From Candidatus Woesearchaeota archaeon CG10_big_fil_rev_8_21_14_0_10_33_12 (GTDB lineage: Archaea > Nanobdellota > Nanobdellia > Woesearchaeales > CG1-02-33-12), in the NCBI GenBank assembly GCA_002762865.1, contig PCYE01000003.1:1-47393 (forward strand): a stretch of DNA of 47,393 bases, in the 5' to 3' direction. Under the pieces are notes generated by a model. That model made no database searches. It was not told where the DNA came from and was given only the letters and a program-made list of their open reading frames with translations. Both the position numbers and the translations under genes were made by a program. Each line of letters starts with the position of its first letter. Position 1 is the first letter of the stretch. Positions 35,581-43,751 of this stretch are shown one piece after another.

Positions 35581-36690
35581 TCACTCAATCCCTTTGAAAA
35601 TATCCTGAAATAATTCAAGGATGCAACGTGATTCAGGCCTTTCTTCAATCACATTTTCTATAATTCTTTTATTCTTTTCTTTGTAGGTAACCCAGTCTGC
35701 AGATCCATTCTCTGCAGTTTTGTGCATGTCCTTGCTTCTTATCTGGGTTTCAATCGGCTCTCCGAAAAAGTCTCCTATAATATGGTATGATTCATATTCA
35801 TTATTTTTAATAAGAGGAAGATTATCCCTCTTTAAATATGGCTTGGTCTGCTTGATAGTATACCAGTATTTATCAGATTCCCTGTAAGCATAATTAACAA
35901 GAATAACCTTCTTACTATCTTCATCTAATACCTGGCCGCATGACTCAGCAATTTTTTTTACTGTTGGAATTATGTCGCCCTCTTTTTTGGTTATGACCCT
36001 GACTGCTTTTCTGTCTGCAATATCTGTTATATCAGTATAGTTAGTCTCAATCTTGTCAGCTTCTGCCCTTATTTTTTTGTTTAAGTATTGCTCACAAATC
36101 AAAATAAATGCTTTCTGGCTTAGGCTGTCATAGTGTTTTAGCCTTGCCTGAATCTCTGAAATAACCTCTTTTGCTTTATCTTCATGGATATAATCTAAAA
36201 TTTCCCTTATGTATGACCTGTTTATTTTAATTTTGATGTTTTCTTCATTCATATACTCTTTTGTAAAATTTTGCTGTTTTCTAATCTGGTTTTCTGTAAA
36301 TTTAAAATCAGTTGTTGATTCCATTTCTTTTTTTAGGTTATCTTCAATATTTAACTCTATATTTTGGTTTATACTGCTATTAGGCCTAGTAATATCATAA
36401 TCAATAATAAATTCTGATTTGATGTTTGGGTTTAACTCCTGATTGTATAAAAGGTTTTCATGGGTGAAATTCATAAACCAAGAAAGTAAAAACCTGTCAT
36501 TAATAGATATTTCTTCATATTTTTTCTTGGCAGAGTTGATTATTCTTTCTAGTTTTTTATCCCTACTGAGATGCCCAGATAAGGGAAAATCTATGATTTT
36601 ATTTAAATCAGACTTGAAACTGGATTTAAGATTACTAAGATAATCAACTAATTCTTTTTTTTCTTTGTAATTTTGGGGGAAAGCCAGCAT
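35581..36690 (-). CDS. RelA/SpoT-domain nucleotide pyrophosphokinase (small alarmone synthetase / toxSAS-like) with an unrecognised ~155-aa N-terminal domain
   Basis: The C-terminal half carries four motifs in order: ARLKHYDSLSQK (R.K...S...K), DITDIADRKAVRVI (DIA..R strand), YESYHIIG (Y.SYH) and IETQIRSKDMHKTAENGSADWVTYK (E.QIR[ST]..MH..AE...YK). Confidence 0.7.
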   Translation of the reverse strand: MLAFPQNYKEKKELVDYLSNLKSSFKSDLNKIIDFPLSGHLSRDKKLERIINSAKKKYEEISINDRFLLSWFMNFTHENLLYNQELNPNIKSEFIIDYDITRPNSSINQNIELNIEDNLKKEMESTTDFKFTENQIRKQQNFTKEYMNEENIKIKINRSYIREILDYIHEDKAKEVISEIQARLKHYDSLSQKAFILICEQYLNKKIRAEADKIETNYTDITDIADRKAVRVITKKEGDIIPTVKKIAESCGQVLDEDSKKVILVNYAYRESDKYWYTIKQTKPYLKRDNLPLIKNNEYESYHIIGDFFGEPIETQIRSKDMHKTAENGSADWVTYKEKNKRIIENVIEERPESRCILELFQDIFKGIE

Positions 36691-36758
36691 TTTTATTTAA
36701 TAAGTATATTAATTGTTTATAAAGCTTTCTATTTTTACTACTGTTAAGGTGACATCCT

Positions 36759-36778
36759 CCCCGCACTAAAGTGCGGGG
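36759..36778. repeat. IS end hairpin (tnpA-distal end)
   Basis: ccccgcac-taaa-gtgcgggg is a perfect 8-bp stem. It overlaps the tnpA stop codon. Confidence 0.7.
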
Positions 36779-37215
36779 CTTCCTGTGAAGTGGCTTAAGG
36801 AAGTTTGGTGCACATTCATTTGATTTTTTATATATTCATCAACTGTTTCTACTGTGTTGTATCCAACGCTGCTTGCATAAGCTCCTGGGCTAAAAAGATG
36901 TCCTCGCGGATATCTCAATTTAAATTTTGGTTGCTGCCTGAAAAGTTGGTAGCTGAGATTTCCTTTCAGAAGTTGTAATGCTTTGCTTTGGCTCATGCTT
37001 GGTGGTGTTTCTACACTGATATGTATGTGTTCAGGCATTACAAAAAGCTCCCTAATTATTATTCTGTGCCTTTGCGCTGTTTTTTTTAGAATTTCTTCGC
37101 ATAAGTTTTTATACTTGTCCTGCTTAAATATTTTATATCTGTATTTTGTGCACCATTCAAGATGATGCACATTCACGCCGACCTTGTGCGCATGGTGTTT
37201 GATTTCAAGTGCCAT
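36766..37215 (-). CDS. tnpA: IS200/IS605-family Y1 (HUH) transposase TnpA
   Basis: HLEWCTKYRYKIF, PEHIHISV (HUH motif) and SSVGYNTVETVDEYIKNQ (catalytic Tyr region) are present. I prefer the start at MALEIK (37215) over the track's 37242. Confidence 0.85.
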   Translation of the reverse strand: MALEIKHHAHKVGVNVHHLEWCTKYRYKIFKQDKYKNLCEEILKKTAQRHRIIIRELFVMPEHIHISVETPPSMSQSKALQLLKGNLSYQLFRQQPKFKLRYPRGHLFSPGAYASSVGYNTVETVDEYIKNQMNVHQTSLSHFTGSPAL

Positions 37216-37328
37216 TTTGTGTCTCCGGCGAAGAAAGCTCACGCTAACTTGAGGAGGTTAGTGCGTGGCGCAAAAAATTTCGTTCGCCACGCTTTTTTTA
37301 TTTTACAAGTAGAAAAACTTAGCCATTC

Positions 37329-37353
37329 ATCTCACGCACTAAAGTGCTGAGAT
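37329..37353. repeat. IS end hairpin (tnpA-proximal end)
   Basis: atctcacgcac-taaa-gtgctgagat forms 10 bp with one bulged C. It has the same GCAC-TAAA-GTGC apex as the other end. Confidence 0.7.
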
Positions 37354-37397
37354 TTCTGGCTTATGCGATTAAAATTATACTGTAAAAAATAAATTAT

Positions 37398-37865
37398 CTA
37401 TTCTGGGATTTCTAAATTATACTTAAACCTTCTTACCTTTGGAACAAAATTAAGTATCTTGCCTTGTTTGTACTTGCCTGTACCAAGAAAATCATTTTCA
37501 TACTTCAGTATTACAAAACCAGTGTAATTGCCTTTTATATCTATATCCTCACCTTTAAGCCACTGCATGGCCTGTTTTTCATCTAGTTTAATAGTATTTA
37601 GTTTTGCACTTTTACCTATTAATTGTGAGCCCTCAATGCTAAGCCTTAGCTCATTGTTTTTAAGTTCTCCAAAGTAAAGGCCGATTGAATTAATTCTTAG
37701 TTTTTCAAGGTTTAAATTAAACACTTCTTTATTTACAAGAAATATCTTATTTTGGGTATTCATCAAGAAAGCAAGTTCTGTCTTGAAATCAGCATTCCAT
37801 TGTTTTTTTATCAAAGCTAGTATTTCTTTAATCTTTTTTCTGTTTAGTATTTTTAGTTCAAGCAT
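37398..37865 (-). CDS. NIP7-like / PUA-domain RNA-binding protein (ribosome-biogenesis-type)
   Basis: It is ~155 aa long. GLYFGELKNNELRLSIEGSQLIG and the C-terminal PUA-like block GFVILKYENDFLGTGKY are present. It starts 3 nt after the aIF5B stop. The assignment is tentative. Confidence 0.5.
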   Translation of the reverse strand: MLELKILNRKKIKEILALIKKQWNADFKTELAFLMNTQNKIFLVNKEVFNLNLEKLRINSIGLYFGELKNNELRLSIEGSQLIGKSAKLNTIKLDEKQAMQWLKGEDIDIKGNYTGFVILKYENDFLGTGKYKQGKILNFVPKVRRFKYNLEIPE

Positions 37866-37868
37866 TGG

Positions 37869-39629
37869 TCAGACACCCCAGAGAGAATTTTCCTTTCTCA
37901 TCATTACTGCAATCTCTTTCAAGAGGGTTATCTCCCCTTCTGTCAGATGTTTTTTCAGCTCTTTTAGCTTTTTGAAATCGCTTTCTGGAATTACAGAATA
38001 TAGTATGTCACCTTCATTTATTTGCCTTCCTACAGTAACTTTATCTAAGGATATCGCAACTTGCTTCCCTTTTTCAGCTTCTGTAACTTTCTTTTTTTCA
38101 GATTGTATGCTTTTTATTGTCGTGAGATGAATAACATCTTTCATTAGCCGCATATTGGTTTTTATTTTGCCCTCAAGAATGTCTACCCCAACAACTGCAG
38201 GGTTATTCTGCCTAAAAACATAGCCAGGCATTATTTTGATTTTGCAAGGCCTGATAAGCATCTCCACCTCAGCTGCCTCACGCCTTTTTGTCTCACCCAC
38301 AACCCATTTTTCAAAATCTTCTATAAGCTTATAAATGATATCACTTGTAAAAATCTTTACTTTTTCTGATTTTGCATCATCATTTAAAGATACATTAAAG
38401 CCGATTACAACTGCTTTTAATGGGTCCTTCTCGTAGTTGCTATCTGCATCAATTACATCTTTTTTTGAGATATTGCCAATTGATGCCCGTCTTATATTGA
38501 TATTCTTCTCCCTGAATATATTTATTAATGCCTCAAGAGAGCCAAGTGAATCTGCCTTTAAAATAATTCCTTGTATATCTGTTTCTATTATAACCTCGGA
38601 AACTAATTTCTGGATTTCCTGTTTTGTTTTCTCAAGAGAATCTTTTGAGCTAGACATTAACGGCATTCCTGCAACAACATTCTCTATTTCAGGGGCAGAT
38701 ATTCTCAGGCATCTGGCAGCACATACACTGCTAACCTGTTTAAACCTTGCTTTCTTGTCTCTTATCTCTGACAATGGCATTGGCTCAAACAATGCCCTTA
38801 CCTTTGTTACAACTGGTTTCTTTATACCGCCAATAACAATAACATCATCTTTTTTTAATGTGCCGTCATAGATAATGACATCTATGGCCACTCCAAGACC
38901 CTTTCCCTCTTTAACCTCTAGTACAGTTCCTTTTGCCGGCCTGTTAATATCGCACTCCAGGCGGCCTTCAAGATACTTCTGTGCAAGTCCTGTTAGGACC
39001 ATCAACAGCTCTGGAATCCCCTCTCCTGTTTTTGATGAAACTGGAATTATTGCAATCTCTTTTGTGTAATCTAAAACCCTGTCAAAGCGCTCACTTGCAA
39101 ATCCAAACTCATGCAGTTTTCCCAAAATCTCATAAAGCTTTATATCAAGCCTTTTCTGGACATCCTGCCCTTGGTTAGAAATGCTCTTTAAGATATTGTC
39201 CTTAGTTGAGTTCCATCCAGGTAATAAATCTATCTTGTTTGCTACAACAATAAAAGGAGTTTTCTTGTGCTTTAATATCTCAACTGCCTCTTCTGTCTGG
39301 GGCTTAAAGCCCTCATTAATGTCAACAACAAGAATAGCTATATCTGCAAGGCTTCCTCCCCTTTTCCTGAGGTTTGTGAATGCAGCATGCCCTGGAGTGT
39401 CAATAAATAAAAGCCCTGGAATTGTGAATTTTATTTTTAATGAATCAAGCAATGGCCCGCATACCTTCTTAATAGTATCAAGGGGAATTAAAGAAGCCCC
39501 TATTGCCTGTGTTATTGCCCCTGCCTCATCCTTAACAATATGGCTATGCCTGATATAATCAAGCAGGCTTGACTTTCCATGGTCAACATGTCCCACAACA
39601 GTGCATACAGGAGATCTGATAGTGTTCAT
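37869..39629 (-). CDS. infB: Translation initiation factor aIF5B (IF2-type GTPase)
   Basis: RSPVCTVVGHVDHGKSSLLD is G1, DTPGH is G3 and NKID is G4. Four-domain length is present. I prefer the start at MNTIRSP; the track's 39728 start would overlap the divergent trm1. Confidence 0.9.
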   Translation of the reverse strand: MNTIRSPVCTVVGHVDHGKSSLLDYIRHSHIVKDEAGAITQAIGASLIPLDTIKKVCGPLLDSLKIKFTIPGLLFIDTPGHAAFTNLRKRGGSLADIAILVVDINEGFKPQTEEAVEILKHKKTPFIVVANKIDLLPGWNSTKDNILKSISNQGQDVQKRLDIKLYEILGKLHEFGFASERFDRVLDYTKEIAIIPVSSKTGEGIPELLMVLTGLAQKYLEGRLECDINRPAKGTVLEVKEGKGLGVAIDVIIYDGTLKKDDVIVIGGIKKPVVTKVRALFEPMPLSEIRDKKARFKQVSSVCAARCLRISAPEIENVVAGMPLMSSSKDSLEKTKQEIQKLVSEVIIETDIQGIILKADSLGSLEALINIFREKNINIRRASIGNISKKDVIDADSNYEKDPLKAVVIGFNVSLNDDAKSEKVKIFTSDIIYKLIEDFEKWVVGETKRREAAEVEMLIRPCKIKIMPGYVFRQNNPAVVGVDILEGKIKTNMRLMKDVIHLTTIKSIQSEKKKVTEAEKGKQVAISLDKVTVGRQINEGDILYSVIPESDFKKLKELKKHLTEGEITLLKEIAVMMRKENSLWGV

Positions 39630-39705
39630 CTTACTTACCAGGAAATTATATTCACTTTTAAAGCTTTCCAAAAGTTTTATATTAATATGGGTTCTTATAT
39701 TTTCT

Positions 39706-40842
39706 ATGGAGATAATACAAGAAGGCAAAGCAAGAATAAAAACATATACAGCTGAAACAGTATCAAGAGATATGCCTGTATTTTACAACCCTGCTATGAA
39801 TCTTAACAGGGACATAAATGTTTTGCTGTTAAACTCAATTAATAAAAAAAATATGCAGGTTGCATTGCCACTGGCTGCAACAGGAATTAGAGGGATAAGG
39901 TTTCTGCTTGAACTAAAAAAAGCAAAAGTAAAAACAATCTCATTCAATGACAGGAGTATTGATGCATTCAAACTAATAAAGGGCAATTTAAAGCTAAACA
40001 AAATTAAATCAGGCAAAAAGATAATTGTAACAAATCTCGATGCAAATGAGTTTCTTTTAAGCTCCAAGGGATTTGATTATATTGACATTGACCCATTCGG
40101 CTCGCCAAACTTTTTTTTAGACAGTGCAATAAAAAGGCTTGCCCGCGGGGGAATTCTTGCTGTGACTGCAACTGACACTGCGGCATTGTGCGGGACCTCA
40201 AAAAATGCATGCCTTAGAAAATACTCTAGCAAGCCATTGAAAAATGAGTTCTGCCACGAAACAGGATTAAGGATTCTTATTTCAAAAGTCCAGTCAGCTG
40301 GGGCACAGTATGACAAGGCATTGATACCAGTCTTCTCATACTCAAAAGAGCATTACTTCAGGGTTTTCTTTGAATGCGAAAAGGGAAAGAAAAAAGCAGA
40401 TGAAATAATAAAAAACTATGGCTATATTCTTCACTGCAAAAAATGCCTTTTCAGGGAAAATGCAGATAGCATATTCAATGATGAAAAATGCCCGTTGTGC
40501 AAATCAAAACTTGACTATGCAGGAAAGATTTGGCTTGGCCAATTGTATGACAAAAATCTTGCAGACAAGATGAATCAGGAGGCCAAGAAAAGCGAAAACA
40601 AGGAATTGATTAAACTAATGAAAATAATAAGCAATGAATCAAAAATAAATGAAGTTGGATTTTATGATTTAGCAAAAGTTGTTAAACACAACAAGCTGAA
40701 AAATGTCCCTAAAAAAGAACTTTTAATTGATGAGATAAAAAAACAGGGATTTAAAGCTGCTGAAACACACATAAGGCCAAACTCAATAAGAAGCAGTATA
40801 ACAATAAAAGGCTTGGTAAAAATCATAAAAAAACTGAACTAA
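39706..40842 (+). CDS. trm1: tRNA (guanine26-N2)-dimethyltransferase Trm1
   Basis: EGKARIKTY..VFYNPAMNLNRD is the Trm1 N-terminal signature. DIDPFGSP is the SAM-MTase motif. The C-terminal domain has the Zn cysteines CKKC...CPLC. I prefer the start at MEIIQEG. Confidence 0.88.
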   Translation: MEIIQEGKARIKTYTAETVSRDMPVFYNPAMNLNRDINVLLLNSINKKNMQVALPLAATGIRGIRFLLELKKAKVKTISFNDRSIDAFKLIKGNLKLNKIKSGKKIIVTNLDANEFLLSSKGFDYIDIDPFGSPNFFLDSAIKRLARGGILAVTATDTAALCGTSKNACLRKYSSKPLKNEFCHETGLRILISKVQSAGAQYDKALIPVFSYSKEHYFRVFFECEKGKKKADEIIKNYGYILHCKKCLFRENADSIFNDEKCPLCKSKLDYAGKIWLGQLYDKNLADKMNQEAKKSENKELIKLMKIISNESKINEVGFYDLAKVVKHNKLKNVPKKELLIDEIKKQGFKAAETHIRPNSIRSSITIKGLVKIIKKLN

Positions 40843-41127
40843 TCATAAGTCAAAGTCATCTATGAATCCTAGGATTGTATTGTATTTCTCAAGATAATGG
40901 AAGCCCTTATCACTGAGGGTTATATACTTTTTTTTCTTTTTGTCATATATCTCCTTGACAAATCCCTTGCCTAAAAGCTCCTCAAAATAATCATTAAAAC
41001 TCTGGCTTGAAAGGTTTGATTTTCTTAATAAAGGGGTGGGTTTTATTGAGTTATGGTTATCCTGAATAATCCTCAGAAAGTCATATATAACCTCCAGCCG
41101 GTCTCTCTTCTTGTTCATTTTATCCAC
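40843..41127 (-). CDS. Small winged-helix DNA-binding protein (archaeal wHTH)
   Basis: RDRLEVIYDFLRII....KPTPLLRKSNLSSQSFNDYFEELLGKGFVKEI....ITLSDKGFHYLEKY shows a classic wHTH layout. It overlaps the upstream membrane-protein gene by 13 nt. Confidence 0.6.
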   Translation of the reverse strand: MDKMNKKRDRLEVIYDFLRIIQDNHNSIKPTPLLRKSNLSSQSFNDYFEELLGKGFVKEIYDKKKKKYITLSDKGFHYLEKYNTILGFIDDFDL

Positions 41128-41774
41128 TTCAAAACCTTAAAGTAAACAGCGACAAAAACAATTATTGAAACTGCCTGAAAAAAAATCTTAGAGCCAAAAG
41201 GCAGTATTCTTCCAGGGCTCAATAAGAATAAATTTATCAGCCAGAGCAACAATATCAAAAAGTATAATGTTCTGGTATATTTTTTCTTGTTTTTCTTGTG
41301 ATTTCTTGTACTTATTATTACAGTAAACAAGAGTAGTACAAGCTGAAGAAGGGATATTAAAATAAGTGACCTTGAAAAAAATGCTGTAATAGAAATGAAG
41401 ATTGCAACTGCATTTGATAAAATTATAAAATTTCTGTATTGGATTTTTTTCCATATTGTGCTGTATATCAAAAAGAATATAGCCATTGTACTTAAGTAGG
41501 TTACAGGCACTGTAAGTACAGGCAAAAACATTATTCTTCTTGGTATTATAAATCTGAATGATATGCCTGTCAGAATCACCAAATGAAGTAGGAACCTTGA
41601 AACATATGCAAGGCTCAAGAAAAGAAACGCACTGCGAAAGTATTTGATTCCCTGATGCTTGGTTAGTTCATAAATCTCTTTAGTCTTATGATAAACTAAA
41701 AAGCAAAGTACTACAACTATAAGACTATAAAAGAACTCTGCTTCAAATCCGCTTTCTAAAAAAGGGGGCATCAT
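41115..41774 (-). CDS. Polytopic membrane protein of unknown function (about 6 TM helices)
   Basis: Hydrophobic helices are repeated throughout the protein. I recognise no catalytic motif. Confidence 0.55.
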   Translation of the reverse strand: MMPPFLESGFEAEFFYSLIVVVLCFLVYHKTKEIYELTKHQGIKYFRSAFLFLSLAYVSRFLLHLVILTGISFRFIIPRRIMFLPVLTVPVTYLSTMAIFFLIYSTIWKKIQYRNFIILSNAVAIFISITAFFSRSLILISLLQLVLLLFTVIISTRNHKKNKKKYTRTLYFLILLLWLINLFLLSPGRILPFGSKIFFQAVSIIVFVAVYFKVLKWIK

Positions 41775-41905
41775 TTTTAATCACCTAAGCTTCGGTTATA
41801 TTTAAAGGTATATAAAAAATGTGGATTTAAAGTGTACATTTATGCTTCTTTTTGTTTAAATATGACCTGCTATTTATATGATTAAAAACCATGGAGGTAT
41901 GGAAA

Positions 41906-42403
41906 ATGAAAAATTTAACAAAATTTGGAATTGTGGCTTTGCTTTTGGTAAGCCTGGCCGGCAGTGTCTTTGCTTTTTCAGGCAGAGGTTTTGGCAATGA
42001 AGAAACGAGACAAGCTATTGAATCCGGGGACTATGAAACATGGAAAGAAGCCATGACTTCACAGCTGACTGAAGAAAGATTTAATCAGATGAAGGAAAAC
42101 CATAACCAGATGGCTGAAAAGAAAGCTGGGATGCAAGAACAAAGAGAATCAGTTGAAGCTGCTATTGAAGCAGAAGACTATGATGCATGGGTTCTAGCAG
42201 TTGAAACCTGTCCAAGAGAAAACAAATTTGCAGAAACTGTGACAGAAGAAAACTTCAAAACCTTTGTTGCAATGCATAACGCAATGCAAGATAAGGACTT
42301 TGAAACAGCCAAAGCACTTGCTGAAGAACTTGGCCTTGAAAAGCCTGAAGGCAAGATGGGCGGAAGGTTTGGTCATAGAATGCATAATATGCCTAGCGAA
42401 TAA
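41906..42403 (+). CDS. Secreted helical protein with internal DY[ED].W repeats
   Basis: The signal peptide is MKNLTKFGIVALLLVSLAGSVFA. Repeats are AIESGDYETWKEAM, AIEAEDYDAWVLAV and KDFETAKALA. The SD GGAGGT lies 7 nt upstream of ATG 41906. Confidence 0.6.
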   Translation: MKNLTKFGIVALLLVSLAGSVFAFSGRGFGNEETRQAIESGDYETWKEAMTSQLTEERFNQMKENHNQMAEKKAGMQEQRESVEAAIEAEDYDAWVLAVETCPRENKFAETVTEENFKTFVAMHNAMQDKDFETAKALAEELGLEKPEGKMGGRFGHRMHNMPSE

Positions 42404-42463
42404 ATCATAAATTTTATTTTTTTATTTTTTAAAACTATAGAATAGTTTAGGAAGAAGGTAAAA

Positions 42464-42586
42464 ATGCTTGAAAAAATAAAAAATAAGGTTAAACAAAAAA
42501 ATAATCATCCAAATGATGACTGGATTGAAATAAAGAATAGTCTTGAAGAGCTTGATTATTATCAGCTAATAGACAGTCTTGATTGA
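42464..42586 (+). CDS. Candidate 40-aa small ORF
   Basis: The hand translation is MLEKIKNKVKQKNNHPNDDWIEIKNSLEELDYYQLIDSLD*. An AAGGT SD-like sequence lies 5 nt upstream. There is no other support. Confidence 0.25.
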   Translation: MLEKIKNKVKQKNNHPNDDWIEIKNSLEELDYYQLIDSLD

Positions 42587-42700
42587 GGATTTTTTGTAAG
42601 TTAACTATTTTAAAAAGTGGACTGTAAATCCATTACCCTTATAAATAACCTTCTTGATGGTTTAAAATAATCTTTTGCAAAACAATAAAAGGTAACAAAG

Positions 42701-43060
42701 ATGGATAAAACAAACATGTTTGTAATAATTATCATTATAGTTTTTATATCTTTAATCTCAGGATGTTCTTCTAGCGATAAAAAACCAGAGTTTAATCGGG
42801 TAAGAGAAGGTTATTTAAATCAAACTAAGCCAACGCCAGATGAAAGAAGGCAGGGAAATATGACTGAAGAACAAAATCAGGAGATTCCTGAAGAAATGCA
42901 GCAAAATTTAAAAATGGCCTGTGAAGGCAAAAGCGAGGGAGAAAGCTGTCAACTTCAGGGACAGTTTGAAGAAGTTGAAGGTATTTGCAGTAATATAAAT
43001 GGGGGTTTGATTTGTAAATTAGACAGACCAATGGGACAAATGGAAGATGAAAGAAAATAA
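42701..43060 (+). CDS. Small lipoprotein with a 4-Cys C-terminal module
   Basis: The signal plus lipobox is FISLISGC. The C-terminus is CEGKSEGESCQLQG...GICSNINGGLIC. Its 3' end overlaps the ABC ATPase gene by 14 nt. Confidence 0.6.
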   Translation: MDKTNMFVIIIIIVFISLISGCSSSDKKPEFNRVREGYLNQTKPTPDERRQGNMTEEQNQEIPEEMQQNLKMACEGKSEGESCQLQGQFEEVEGICSNINGGLICKLDRPMGQMEDERK

Positions 43061-43742
43061 TATTATTTTGCATCTGGATAATGTGTGGAAGATTTACAAG
43101 ATGGGAGAGGTAGATGTTCCTGCTTTAAGAGGTGTTACAGTAGAGATTAAGAAAGGTGATTTTGTTGCGATAATCGGAGCCTCTGGAAGTGGAAAATCAA
43201 CTATGATGAACTTAATTGGTTGTTTAGATATCCCTTCAAAAGGAAATATACTTCTGAAAAATCAGGATATAACAAAAATATCGGAATCTGACTTGGCGAC
43301 TCTTAGAGGCAGGACCATAGGCTTTATCTTTCAGCAATACAACCTTATTCCAAGCATGACTATTTATGCTAATGTTCTTTTGCCTATGGAATTTCTTGAA
43401 TATGATGATAAAACTGCTTCAGAAAAAACAAGAAAAATTCTGGAGACTGTAGGCTTGGGAAAATATATGCATCATTTGCCTACCCAGCTTTCTGGTGGTG
43501 AGCAGCAAAGAGTCTCTATTGCAAGAAGCTTAGTTACAGATCCAGAAATAATTCTTGCAGACGAACCTACGGGAAATTTGGATAGTGTAACAGGAAAAAG
43601 CATTATGGATATGTTTTATAATCTTTGGAAAAAGGAAGGTAAGACAGTCATTATGGTAACTCATGACCTTAAGTTAGCTGAATATGCTCATACGACCATT
43701 GAACTAAAAGATGGTCAGATAAAAACAATAAATAAAAAGTAG
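43047..43742 (+). CDS. ABC transporter ATP-binding protein (MacB/LolD-type)
   Basis: GASGSGKST is Walker [14 protein letters not shown] is the signature motif, [11 protein letters not shown] is Walker B and VTHD is the H-loop. Confidence 0.92.
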   Translation: MKENNIILHLDNVWKIYKMGEVDVPALRGVTVEIKKGDFVAIIGASGSGKSTMMNLIGCLDIPSKGNILLKNQDITKISESDLATLRGRTIGFIFQQYNLIPSMTIYANVLLPMEFLEYDDKTASEKTRKILETVGLGKYMHHLPTQLSGGEQQRVSIARSLVTDPEIILADEPTGNLDSVTGKSIMDMFYNLWKKEGKTVIMVTHDLKLAEYAHTTIELKDGQIKTINKK

Positions 43743-43751
43743 GTGATAAAT

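Larger units (their letters stand above)
36741..37360 (-). mobile_element. IS200-type (IS200/IS605 family, tnpA-only) insertion sequence; boundaries approximate
   Basis: It contains a Y1 HUH transposase ORF flanked by two subterminal hairpins sharing the core CGCAC-TAAA-GTGC. Its local GC content is clearly higher than the flanking DNA. Confidence 0.75.

Noticed and set aside
37869-39629. A possible intein or insertion in aIF5B, and in the slightly long CTP synthase
   Set aside because: The GTPase motifs G1, G3 and G4 are contiguous at normal spacing and no intein splice motifs are visible. The lengths are within family range.
39601-39728. Long N-terminal extensions of trm1 (track start 39601) and aIF5B (track start 39728) that overlap each other on opposite strands
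   Set aside because: The conserved family N-termini begin at MEIIQEG (39706) and MNTIRSP (39629). The extensions are not family-like and would eliminate the divergent promoter region.
42617-42633. A hairpin, gtgga-ctgtaaa-tccat, that looks like a tRNA-Tyr (GUA) anticodon arm
   Set aside because: The AT-rich flanks provide no acceptor, D or T arms. It is most likely a chance stem-loop or terminator. A tRNA remnant or attachment-site relic cannot be excluded, but nothing supports it.
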